64,000 bases of DNA from Octopus vulgaris (Eukaryota), in the NCBI GenBank assembly GCA_951406725.2, contig OX597817.1, positions 173,600,001 through 173,664,000 on the forward strand. Reading direction: 5' to 3'. A model generated the notes under the pieces. The model was not told the origin of the DNA, did no database searches, and worked only from the letters and a program-made list of their open reading frames with translations. Positions within the stretch are counted from its first letter, which is position 1, and each line of letters starts with the position of its first letter. This document shows, piece by piece, positions 25,118 to 37,160 of this stretch. The translations under genes and the position numbers were made by a program.

Positions 25118-25345
25118 CACAAATATATACATACATACACATATAATACATACACACACACACACACACACATAATACATACACACACACACACATAATA
25201 CATACACACACACATAATACACACACATAATACATACACACACACATAATACATACACACACACATATAATACACACACACACATAATACACAATACATA
25301 CACACACACACATATATACATACACACACACACACATATATATAC
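25083..25345. repeat. Compound (CA)n/(TA)n microsatellite with recurring cataata units
   Basis: Seen directly; it produces the spurious C/V/Y-rich ORFs. Confidence 0.95.
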
Positions 25346-25710
25346 TCTTTTACTTGTTTCAGTCATTTGACTGCGGCCATGCTGGAGCAAATCGACCCAG
25401 GGACTTATTCTTTGTAAGCCCAGTACTTATTCTATCGGTCTCTTTTGCCGAACCGCTAAGTGATGGGGACGTAAACACACCAGCATCGGTTGTCAAGCAA
25501 TGCTAGGGGGACAAACACAGACATACATATATATATATACATATATATGACAGGCTTCTTTCAGTTTCCGCCTACCAAATCCACTCACAAGGCATTGGTC
25601 GGCCCGGGGCTATAGCAGAAGACACTTGCCCAAGATGCCACACAGTGGGACTGAACCCGGAACCATGTGGTTGGTTAGCAAGCTACTTACCACACAGCCA
25701 CTCCTACGCC
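25346..25710 (-). mobile_element. Young full-length tRNA-derived SINE
   Basis: Minus strand reads ggcgtaggagtggctgtgtggtaag (A box-like) ... gggttcagtcc (B box-like) ... tgactgaaacaagtaaaaga tail; CpGs retained. Confidence 0.9.
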
Positions 25711-25741
<31 letters not shown>

Positions 25742-25902
25742 AATACATATATATGTGATGTAGCCTACTGGATGATGAGGCATGCCTCTTGCAACCTACT
25801 TTGCAAAAAACTTGCCCATGCCTGACCTAGAAAGTCAGACCACAAACAAAAAAATAATCCCAGAATGAAATGAAAATTAACATCAATGAAAAGAATACTT
25901 AC

Positions 25903-25943
25903 TATAGCTTTCTTCTTACTTTTAAGTTCTTGAAGATCTTGCT
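25903..25943 (-). CDS. LNPK: Lunapark coding exon (EQDLQELKSKKKAI), 41 nt, phase 1-0
   Basis: Acceptor ctctttctctctag and donor ATA|gtaagt. Coiled-coil LxxLKxxKKxI pattern of lunapark. Confidence 0.9.
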
Positions 25944-28099
25944 CTAGAGAGAAAGAGATCAAAGAAAATTAGAAGAGAATGATAAATAAAACAAATGCCA
26001 GTCACGTTTCAAAAGATTTTTATTATGAATTTTTATTTTGAGCTCTATATTCAATAAAAGCATTTCGTAATGTTTCCTGTAACGCTGAAATACATTGTTT
26101 CACAAACAATTGAAAAATGTAAATATCAAAACAGAAACATTCCCACAGAACTGGAATTAATTATGCATATTATTTACTGCTATAAATCACATAATTATTA
26201 TTTCATGAAAACTGTCTAATGCACTTAGCAGTAAATGAAAAGCAAAGGTTTTCTAATAAAAATAACATCTTTATATTACAGAAGGAAAAAAACAATTTTA
26301 TTCTTAATTACTAAATATTTATCCACTGAGTTATCTATGAGATTCCAAGCTATTTATTCACAGGCTGTTACACTCTTCCTGGTGTCAACAAACCCCCACA
26401 TAACTTGCATGTCTAAATGAACAAAATTCCTTTTTGTTTTCCCACAGCATATCAATTGACTAATTAACAAAAATCTGACTTAGTCTTTTATTTCAGTTTA
26501 ACTAGGAAGAAATATTTTCATTTCTAAGCATATAGATTAAATAACTTGTTTCAATAATATCAAAAGTAAAAACACTTTTAAAAATGATTGAGAAATTCTA
26601 TTTTTAAATACACCTTGAGAATAAAAGCAAGTATGTTTAAACTATTTTTGTTGACTTTGTTGAACAGGAAGTGGTAAGATTCTCGGGTTTTAAGAAAGGA
26701 GAAAATAGTTATCGTAAAAATTAAGCCATAACTAGTCACACCTTTCCAATTTTTATGGCAATTATTAATCTGCAGCAAAATGTAATATCAATTTCCTACT
26801 CCACACCAAAAGTAATACTTGTAAATAGATACAAAAGAATGACTTTAAATCTTTTTAGACTTGAGGAAATAGAAGACAGCAGAATGTATTTAAACAAAAT
26901 GCTTCACATCCAGAAGCTAAAAAATTAAAACAACTTATTTTTTAAACAAACAGATAAGAACAACAGAAATAAAAAGAGATAAAGGGTTTTAAAAATGGAA
27001 ATATCATCAACTAAACCTTCAAGTAACACAAAGAAATTTGAAGAGAATTTGTCCAATAAATTTTAAAATCATTCTTCTATAATGACAAGTTGGGTAAGTT
27101 TGCTGAACTGCTTAGAAGAAAGTATCCTCTACTAACACTTTTTTGTTACAGATGTTATCTATCACAATTACATACAAGCACTTTTGCCTTCAATGTTAAC
27201 TCACTTGTGCTCTTACCATTCCGTTAGCTCACCTGTGCTCTACTTAACATCTACTAGTTGTTAGACAAACAGCACTCTTCTGGACAGGCACAGTTTGAAT
27301 GGCTCTCACAAACCCCTGATCTGTACTTAGGTTTCTCAGAATACAGAACATGGAGTCCTGTCTCAGGTATTCTTTAGCTCAATAAGTACCAAGAACAGCT
27401 GGTTTTAATTAAGAATTTCTCATTCATTTAACTCATGCAAATGTGATATCTGTGATCCTTTATCAATGTAGCAATCCAAACTGTATCTTTTCCAATCTAA
27501 CACTACTGGGTGCATTTATCGCAGCATTAGGAAGATTGCCTTGTCCTATGAAGAAGTCTTCTCTATGTTGTCAATGTTCATACATAACATGTCCATGAGG
27601 GAAACAAGAAAAAGTAATGAAAGAGTGATGGAAAATGAAGAGACAGAGAAATTGAATTGACAGTTATATGCTGATTGTTGGTAAGGAGATTGAATAGAAA
27701 ACAGCATGTGTAATGCAGTAGGGAAGAGGGAGAGAAGCAGGGTGATGGAAGGAGGAGGAATGAAAATGGGAAATGGAATGGGGTATGACATCAATGGGTG
27801 ATAGAGGAAGAAGTAATATGAGATTGAGTAATGGACAGCAATAAAGATGGGTGATGGTGAGAGAGAAGGAGTGACAGATGTCAATCAATGATAGGGGGAG
27901 GGAATAATGGGAAATAGGAGATATACACATTACCAAATACCTTAAAGAAATGCACAAATACAATATTCTGAACAGTAGTGTTGACCTGCCTTTGTGGAAG
28001 TTGTTTTGGTTCCATTGTGCAATTGGATTAATATGAGGGGAAACTGAGGAGCACTGACTTAGAAATGTTTGAGACTAGAAGTGAGTGTGATTATGCTGT

Positions 28100-29800
28100 A
28101 GTAGATGTGAGGTCAGTGAAAATCACCAGTCTTTAAAAGTAGAATAACTGAAACTGTGAGAAATTGTTGTTTGTTTCCTTCACAGGTTTCATTACAGATA
28201 TCTGTGGAAAAGTGAACTCTTTCAGATAATGGCTGGGATGTTATCTGGAGCTGGTTTCTTGATGCTTCTTCTCTTTTTCACATCTTTTCTATAATAAATG
28301 AGCCACTCTCAATCAGCAGGTTACTACTCTATGGTAGAAGAAACATTCATCATCATGTTTTAGTGTTGCAAGGCTCTGTTTTACCAAGAATCAATCTGAA
28401 ACCATCAAGGTGCCAGCCAGTGGATTTCCCCAATGTGGAGCAGAGTTACCCAGCATGTTTGTTTTTATTGCAGAGGTTACCGAGTTCTTCAGTTTTCATC
28501 TTGATGTGTGCTTCTAGTGAATCAAATGTAACTTTAGCTGAATCAAGTTTCCTTTCAGCATTCCCAGCATTCCCTAAATTGATGTTTCTTCAGATCCTCT
28601 CTAAGTCTTGTTACCTTCTCATTGGAAGCAAAGGTTAGTGTGTTATTTCTCTTTTTTGGAGCAATCCCAGGGCTATATTCCCCTTAGCAGTGGCTACGGT
28701 GCCATACACAACATGGCAATTCTTGTCCTCAAGTCTGTCACAAGGAGCCAGAAATCTATTGTATACTGTAAGTGTGAACTCCTTGAATAGGTTAGCATCA
28801 CCCGCTACTTTCCACAGACAATATTTCAAAGGATTTCAGGCTGGTCTCTGTTCTTGCAGTAACTTATCTGACATTTAAAACAATTCTGTGATGACCAGAT
28901 TTAACAAATCCAAAGCAGTTGTATGTACAAGAATTTTCATACTAATCTGCTTCTTTCTAGTTAAGCTTCCGCAGGATGATGTCCAAAGCTTATCAGTACA
29001 ATTTTAAAACTTTGTTTTAATAGCAACAAGACTGTTCAATGAAGTCCTTAATGTGTGTGCCATTTCTATCATCATCATCATCATCGTTTAATGTCTGCTT
29101 TCCATGCTAGCATGGGTTGGACGATTTTGACTGAGGGCTGGCGAACCAGATGGCTGCACCAGGCTCCAATCTGATCTGGCAGTGTTTCTACAGCTGGATG
29201 CCCTTCCTAACGCCAACCACTCCGAGAGTGTAGTGGGTGCTTTTTACGTGCCACCTACGAAGAGTGAATCTGTTGGTGCCAGCTGGAAGTTGAAATTTCC
29301 ATCAATTATGATAAATTTGCATGCTGGGTTGCACCAATTAGAACTGCTCAACCTTTACTTAAAGGAGTTTATTGTGTGAGCTACAGCAGCCGAGAACAGT
29401 AGTTGCTAGGTTTCCAAACAAGTTAACCCACATGACATGTTTAGCAAATTTTATAATATTGATGCAAGGATTAAGGAATATTGCCAGTAACCATATTCCT
29501 CACATTCTTCTATGCTGATGATGCTATAAGACATCTTTCAAATGTCTCCTGCATAAGTGACTCCACATCTATGTTTGGATGTTCCTGTCCAAACACGATA
29601 GCAATGCTATACATATAAGCAAGTTTCTCTTTGACAGTAATTACCAATGTTCTAATGTTGAACATGATAACAATAAAGGGGACTTTGTGTTGGACAAATG
29701 AGACTGTGCCGTCTTTCTCTGCATTAGGGTTGGAGTGTCCATGAGGATTTAGAAACATCCCAACATTCTTACTGGGAAACAATGTTAACTAAGAAGGTGA
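28100..29800 (-). mobile_element. Old decayed LINE (RTE/RTEX-like): APE endonuclease plus start of RT, interrupted by a younger insertion
   Basis: Remnant motifs occur in the expected order: FNIRTL...GQEH...ASSA*KN, IIDGNFNFQL (GDFN), SGHHRIV (SDHRIV), KPAPDNIPAII. Confidence 0.75.
29067..29258 (-). mobile_element. Young RTE-tail fragment inserted in the older LINE
   Basis: (CAT)n...tttccatgctagcatgggttggacg...gtgggtgctttttacgtgccacc, similar to 23608..23795. Confidence 0.85.
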
Positions 29801-31188
29801 GGACAATGAATCAAGGACTCCAACCCTGATGGTGTTCTATTGTAAATTTTACTGAGGGCACAACTCCTGTAATTTTTTTGTTAGGGTCAGTCTCTTAGCC
29901 TTTGTTGTTAATAATCCAGTTTGCAAAGCAGCAGCTCCTATTCTGTTTGGATTCTGTCCCATAGCATTTGCATTTCCCAATTTCTCTTGCAGGGCAACAG
30001 TCACTATTTGACCATACATAGTCGTCAATAATTATCAAATCTTCAGCTCTAAATTGGGCCAAGGTGATTTAGTAGAGTAGTTTATTCTGCAACTTTTGTA
30101 TATGCTACTTTTCTGGGTCAAATCAGACTTGGAATTAGTGTCATTCAAGAGGCAGCCCCATTCTTTTCAATATTTAAGGGTTCCCAATGCTAGACCCTGA
30201 CACCAAATACAATTTAAAGTCATATCAACCACCATCTATTTTTAACACAGATTATCTTTAAAAGAAATTAGAAGAAGCAGAAAGGCTGGCACAGGACTAC
30301 CAGCAATGGAGAGCACTGGTGGACCTGGTTGGCTCTACGCATGATGACATCTCTGGGGCCACCAACCTGAGTTGATCCCAGCCCCAGCAAGCAATCTCTA
30401 ATATGTGTCTGTTTTTACTGATAATTTTAATCGTATAAATTGAAAATACTTTCTATATTTTCTTGCAATTCTAAATTGATATGCATTACATAAAACATAA
30501 ACGATTCTTAAAGTGATGTGTTTTAATCAGCAAGAGTTATACAGTAATCAACACGTGTTCTGTCATTTGGTGTTCTGATTTAAACATGTGCATGTCCCAA
30601 GGTGCAAGTTTGCAACATAGAGCAAAAGGTGCAAAGTGCAAATATGCATGGAACACACTGACTGCTTAATGTGTATGAGGAAGAAAGGTGGAATCAAGAA
30701 AGAGATATAGAGAAAGTAAGAAAGAAAGAAAGACAGAAAGGGAGAAGGCTCAGAAGTGGTAGTTGACAGCTTGTTACCCAGCTGACATAATCAGAAACAA
30801 GTATGGACATTGTGAGAGCATAGTATCCAGAATGAAGGGCAGATTGCATGAAGTATGATATCATCAAGTGATGTGCGCAGGAGTAAGCCATGGGTGCTGT
30901 ATGTGGAGGATACACAAATGTTGAAATGACATAAGGCAAGCATATCTCATAGGATATGTAATATCAGCAGGCATGAATGTAGCTGCCTACAAATATCAAT
31001 TGCATACGATGGAGGTAATTTGTTTGAGGATAGGAAAACTTTGTTTGCAAGACAAAATGTAAGAGTATTTACTGATAAGTAAAAACATGTGTAAGTGTGC
31101 ATGTTTACATGAAGCCTAACAAATGTGTGTGTGTGTGTGTGTAAAATTAATGATGATAGATATGAAAATAGTTAAAAGAAATACAAAC

Positions 31189-31247
31189 CATTACTGGAGA
31201 TCCGTTTAACATAATACCATTGTAAAACTTTCTTTACCAGCCATATT
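31189..31247 (-). CDS. LNPK: Lunapark coding exon (IWLVKKVLQWYYVKRISSN), 59 nt, phase 2-1
   Basis: Acceptor ttgtcttatcag and donor G|gtttgt. Phases fit both neighbouring exons; typical post-TM W/Y-rich segment. Confidence 0.9.
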
Positions 31248-31991
31248 CTGATAAGACAAAAGCATTTATTCTAGTTAGTATAACATTTAGAATAAGCAGC
31301 CAAACCTAACTAATCTAATTACAGATAAAGCCCTTAGTAATTTAATAAGAATACTGCCAATTATGACTGCAAATACAGGAAGCAATGATAAAAAAAAAAG
31401 CACATTCTTTTAAATTATTTCTTTCAAATACAAAAAGGAGAAGGTACAAGCAATAAGCCCAGCACAGTTTGGTTGTGCAAATTGGGTAGTTAAGAAACTT
31501 TAGAATATACGAGTATAAATGTAATTTACTACATCATGTTATCACGTGACTGACCAGACTATCAGACGTTGTTACACATTGCTAGTTGCAATGCAATTTG
31601 CATCGAGTGAGCAGGCTAACATTCCTTCTTTGGTTGAAAGGGGAGTTGAAACAATGTGAAATGAAGTGTTTTGCTCAAGAACACAATGTGCTGCCAGTCA
31701 GGGAATTGAACCCATGAACTAGCAATAGTGAGTGCAGCAATGTAACCACTAGGTTATGCACCTTCACAATCTGCTACATGCCATGTTATTAATCTAGAAG
31801 TTTGATTTAGTTCAAATGAAGTTAAAAGGGAGTAAGGAAACAAACAGTATCAGACGACACTGAATAAGGAATAAGAAACTAGTGATTCCCCACCTGGCTA
31901 CATACCTGAAGGGTTATGATAGCTGCATGAAGGCCTGGGATAAAGACCAAAACAGAGTTGAAAGCCACTGACATAAAGAGTGATATAAAAT

Positions 31992-32238
31992 GATAAACGT
32001 CGTCCTTTTCAAGCCTAGCCTGGCTCATGGGCCCGGTTTCCATGGCGTATATGTTCCCCAGCTGGACGGAACGCCAGTCCATCGCAGCGTTACTCATTTT
32101 TGCCAGCTGAGTGGACTGGAGCAACGTGAAATGAAGTGTTTTGCTCAAGAACACAGCGCGTCGTCCAGTCCAGGAATCGAAACCACAATCTTACGATCAT
32201 GATGCTGACACCCTAACCACTAAGCCACGCGCCTTCAC
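31992..32238 (-). mobile_element. tRNA-derived SINE of a second family (Meta/CORE-like central domain)
   Basis: Minus strand reads gaaggcgcgtggcttagtggttagggtg...ggtttcgattcc...ttgagcaaaacacttcatttcacgttgctccagtccactcagctg. Confidence 0.8.
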
Positions 32239-33249
32239 AAAGAATGATACGGATAAATAATAATATTAATTCTAGCTACAGTTAGTGGTGAGTGCTAAAG
32301 AGTTGAGGAGAGTTTCCAGTCAACCGATTTTGAACACCATTCTCTATCACAAAATGAAGTGGTGTTATTATGTCAATGAACGTGTGTGTCATGCCCTTGG
32401 AGAAGAACAACATTCCAACTAAATTTGTTCTATACTGCCACTACAACAAACACTACTATTCAGGACTTGCCATCTGTTACATTATTAAAATGTAAACTAA
32501 TGGGTTAGACAGGTCTACAATTTAGAGATTTGCATGAGTAGTTAGAGAAACTTTTCTGTACCCAGTCCCTCTTCAAAATGTAAAACTTCTTATCACAGAA
32601 TGACACGATTTAATATCTTCCAGCTGAGTAGACAGTGGCAAGTACAAAGAGATAAGTATGACAAATGTAACGTGTGTGTCAAAGTTGAAACCAATGATGT
32701 AAACCTGAATGCTTAGGACTCGGCCATTATCGATAGTGACATGTTTGTTAAAAGCTGCTTATTACATTTGTAATTTAATAATTACAGGCAAAAAACAATT
32801 TTCTTTTTTATTAGAAGCGACATTCCCTGTATACTCTCTCTCTCTCTCTCTCTCTAAGTGCCTCTCATATCACACAGGTTCATATAGCTGGTGCCTTTCT
32901 CTGGGTTTTCTAATGTTGGGAGATGAATAATAGATTTCTCTGGATATGGTACTAATTATTACAGGTGTCTTGTTTGACTAGGAAACAAATTTTAGCATTA
33001 CAATTCAATGAAAATGCTTTTCATTTCCACACCGCTGTCTGTCTGTGAAGGTGTGTGGCCTAGTGGTTAGAGTGTTACACCTATAACCACAAGATAGAGT
33101 GTTACACCTATAACCACAGGCAGTGCATTCTATTCTTGAGCAAAATACTTCATTTTGTGTTGCTTCAGTTCACTCAACTATAAAGGAGTTACCCTACAAC
33201 AGACTGACGTTCCATTTAGGGGAAATATCATAATGTTGGTCACTTATAG

Positions 33250-33642
33250 GCACAGGAATGGCTGTGTGGTAAGTAGCTTGCTTCCTAACTACATGGTTCT
33301 GGGCTCAGTCCCACTGCGTAACATCTTGGGCAAGTATCTGCTACTATAGCCTCAGGTCAGCTTTGTGAGTGGATTTGGTAGACAGAAACTGAAAGAAGCC
33401 CATCATATATGTATGTATACACCTGTGTGTGTTTGTGTATGTCTGTGTTTATCCTACCATCACCTTTTGACAGCCAGTATTGGTGTATTTACATCCCTGT
33501 AACTTAGCAGTTCGGTAAATGAGACTGATAAAATAGTACTAGGCTTAAAAAATATGTCCTGGGGTTGATTTGTTCGAATAAAATCCTTCAAGGCAGTGCT
33601 CCAGCATGGCCGCAGTCAAATGACTGAAACAAGTAAAAGAAT
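33250..33642 (+). mobile_element. Full-length tRNA-derived SINE
   Basis: Same family as 25346..25710 in the opposite orientation; apparently nested in an older SINE (about 33045..33760). Confidence 0.85.
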
Positions 33643-33879
33643 ATGTCACAGGCCTGTCCACCTGTCCAGTGGGGTGGCATCAGAATGCTACAACTATGTC
33701 AGGAAGCACATTATGACCAGCAGTATATAAACAATATCTGATACTGGATGGTACAGTGATGCCTGTTTGTAACAATGAATTAAGTCACTTGAACTATGTG
33801 CTGAGAATGAGGGAGTAGTTGACTGTTTCAATCTAAGCACCTTGGTTAGTCACAACAAAATTCTTCAGTATATTACAGG

Positions 33880-34535
33880 GAGGAATTTCAACCGTGTTTC
33901 GTGGTCTGCTACCACAACAGCTCCTTTATAGAATCGAGTTAGCTCAAGATATCATCAAGAGGAACCACGTCCGGTTTCGGCCCCTACTCCTCTACCGTTT
34001 TGACATGGCGGGGGCCCCCCACCTTTCGGTGTCTTCAGCTCTGGTGTTGGGTGCATGTCTTCTTTCTTCTTCCTTCTTCTGTTCCCTGGCCTCTTCGATG
34101 TAGCGTCAACGAGTGTCAGCAGGCGACTGACTGTTTTGTCAAATTTTTTCCCTTTAAATACCTGCTGCTAGGCTCCAGCAGGCAGCCCCAGCAAGTTGTC
34201 ACATGACACTCAACTTTAACTGACCAATGAAGGCATGTAGTCTTAGCCCACACATTCTCTAAACGACTGTCACTTGTCAGTCAGCGAAGCTAATTCAGTG
34301 TCAGCTTGTCTCACCTAGTGATGATATTTTCCGCCGACATGTTATGACTTTCAAGCCATTTTCGGTCTTCCCGCTTCAGCCATATATAGAAGCTGGCTTT
34401 TTCGACCACCTCCTGTACTCTCCTTATTAATTTACACAGCTCCGAGCTAGAAAAAACAAATCTTCTTTTGAATAGCGTTGTCATTTTTCTTTCAATGAAG
34501 CCCCTAGCCCCCACTGCCAGGTGATAATACATATG
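33880..34535 (-). mobile_element. 3' fragment of an RLE-type non-LTR retrotransposon (HERO-like)
   Basis: ORF 34311..34532 AVGARGFI...VVEKASFYIWLKRED resembles the EVGCRGF...AERASxWLWLKR C-terminus of restriction-like endonuclease domains. GC/CpG-rich 3' UTR follows. Confidence 0.7.
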
Positions 34536-35329
34536 TCATCAAAGTGTTATATCCTTATGGATAAACGAATACACTGCAACAGTGTAGTAACAACATAACT
34601 GAAACAAACAGCTGTAACCACACGGAATGTAACAACAATCTTTTAAGAACCAACAATCCAACACGTTTAACTCGAACTGTAAACTTTGAAACCTAACTTT
34701 GAACTATCAACACAGGAACTGTGGAACTAGTAGAATGATTTTATTCAAACCACAAGGGTTAAACAAAGAAGGGACAATACATGGGACAAATGGGGCCAGG
34801 GGCTTATCAAATGAGATTACATATATGAATAAATACATTATAATTTCGGATGAAAATGGAAAAATGAATGGACACGGAATGGGTTTGACCCCCACCAGCC
34901 ACATTCCTGCGTTGAGCCGTTTACTTCATCCTTTTTTTTTTCATTTATACTCTCCTTAATTAGGCACTTACATACCCAACATTTGGGCAACTTTCTTCCA
35001 TCTTTTCCACATTTTTTTGACATTTGGTGTGTCTTTTCTAATTGTGCTACCAATCCACTTCCACTTTTTCTTAAATATTTGCTCCCTGATCGAAACTTGA
35101 TTTGTTCTTTGTCATAGCTCCATATTGCTACTATCTATATGTAATGGTCCAGTCCATTCTTGCCAGGGGGCATTGTACTCTCGCACAACAAAAAGCAATA
35201 CAATTCAGAATGGTAAAACACCGAAGTTAATACTTTATTTTTATGTATATTCTATATTTCTAGCTTCATCCACTGATCCACAGTTTTTACTGACAAGAAA
35301 CCGCAACTAATAACAACAATAATGGTTTC

Positions 35330-35540
35330 AAGTTTTACCAGAAGGGCAGCAATTTAGGGGGAGGGGATGAGTCAATTACATCAACCCCAGTATTCAACTG
35401 GTGCTCATTTTATCGACCCCCCAAAAGGATTAAAGGTAAAGTCAACCTTAGCAGAATTTGAACTCGGAACGTAGCGACAGGTGAAATACCGCCAGGCATT
35501 TCATCCGGCACACTAACGATTCTGCCAGCTCACCACCTTA
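35330..35540 (-). mobile_element. SINE with a Nin-like domain
   Basis: tttatcgacccc...aaaggattaaaggtaaagtcaacc...gaatttgaactc, related to 53385..53611. Confidence 0.75.
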
Positions 35541-35576
35541 ACAACAACAATAATAATGATAATCTTCAGTACTTAC

Positions 35577-35764
35577 AATACAATAAATATCAGTATTGGG
35601 AAGAAGACAAGAAACCAGCCTTGCCAGCTTGTAGGCAAGTAGTAGAGAAAAATGACGAGAGCAGCAATGACACATATGAAGAAAGAGTACAGTAGGAGAC
35701 TAGCAATTAACTTCTTTTGATATTCTTGATTCTGGCGCTTAAATAGATGAAGCTTGGTGATGTC
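35577..35764 (-). CDS. LNPK: Lunapark coding exon with the transmembrane hairpin (DITKLHLF...FFPILIFIVL), 188 nt, phase 0-2
   Basis: Acceptor tctttgcag and donor TT|gtaagt. Contains two hydrophobic segments and matches ORF 35573..35770. Confidence 0.93.
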
Positions 35765-37027
35765 CTGCAAAGATATATAACAAATGAAAACTTATTAATA
35801 AAATAATTAGGTGGAGAATACAATATAAATCAATTCCAATTATTTTTATTTTACTAAATTTCTCAACCCTTAAAAATATTTTTTAATTCCATAAAAGCAA
35901 ATTATTTACTTTTGTATAATGAGGGACTGCAAAAGTTAAGTTACAGCTATACAATCTACATGTTGGTCTGAAGATATTGCTCACACATCCAGGACAATGT
36001 CCATTCAAACTCACACACACATGCACTGGATTGTATAAAAGAAGAGCCATTTACTGACAGGAAAATCTTCACTCACCAATACTTTTTCCTTTCATATTCT
36101 TTAGCTTAATCTCTGGTCGTCAAAGTTACTCAACTGTTTAAATATATTGTTCTGGCTAAGTATAGGCATGGCTGTGGTAAGAAGTCTGCCTCACAACCAG
36201 GATTCTAGGTTTAGTCCAACTCTATGACACCTCGGGCAAATGTCTTCTACTATAGCCCTGGGCCAACAATCTGTTTTGTAAACAGATTTGACAGAACGAA
36301 ACTGCAAGACACTCTTTGTATATGTGTGTGTGTGTGTGTATACACACACACATATACATACACAGGACAATGTTAGTACTTTTTAGCCCCAGGAAAGCCT
36401 CTTTTCCAGCTGGCTACTGACACATGGTCAGTGTCCATATACAAGATAATCAACTGTTGCTTTAAAGATTGCTATCTCTACCAGTGATTGTCCTGTACCA
36501 AGGAAGTGAAATAATCCAGACACCATTGGTCTACAGGTATCGCTAATGCTAGAAAGAGAGCAATAAACTCCCTTGCTCACAATATATGGACACAGACACA
36601 CTGGCATATACATACAACTCATATACAAAATATGTTGTGGTGGTGGTATAAAATGTCCCTTACTATGTCATACATAACAAATGCACACACACTCACAGAC
36701 ACATACACACTCATATACAAAATGTGACATCATCGTCATGGTATAAAATGTCCTTTACTATAGTTGAGTACAGAAAGATTATTTTCAAGAAAATGTTATA
36801 CAGTTTTAATCCAAATGAAAATAAAAATTACATGTTGACACTTGTGGAGTGTAATTTGATTTGATGGAGCCGTTTGAGAATGCTTTGGAAACAGACACAA
36901 AATTTTATGAACCACTAGGTTATGAGAATATAAATAAACTAACCCAGTTGTCAAGCAGTGTTGGTGGGACAAACACAAATACATATATATATATATCTAT
37001 GATGATGATGATATATATATATATATT

Positions 37028-37160
37028 AGGAAGGGCATCCAGCTGTAGAAACTCTGCCAGATCAGACTGGAACCTGGTGCAGCCCCTGGCTTCCCAGACC
37101 CCGGTCGAACCGTCCAACCCGTGCTAGCTCGGAAAATGGACGTTAAACGATGATGATGAT
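37028..37160 (+). mobile_element. Young RTE-tail fragment
   Basis: aggaagggcatccagctgtagaaac...ccgtccaacccgtgctagc...gacgttaaacgatgatgat. Confidence 0.85.

Noticed and set aside
25660-25710. tRNA-like A/B boxes as tRNA genes (also 32170, 52185 and 56225)
   Set aside because: These are SINE heads continuing into SINE bodies, with no complete cloverleaf.
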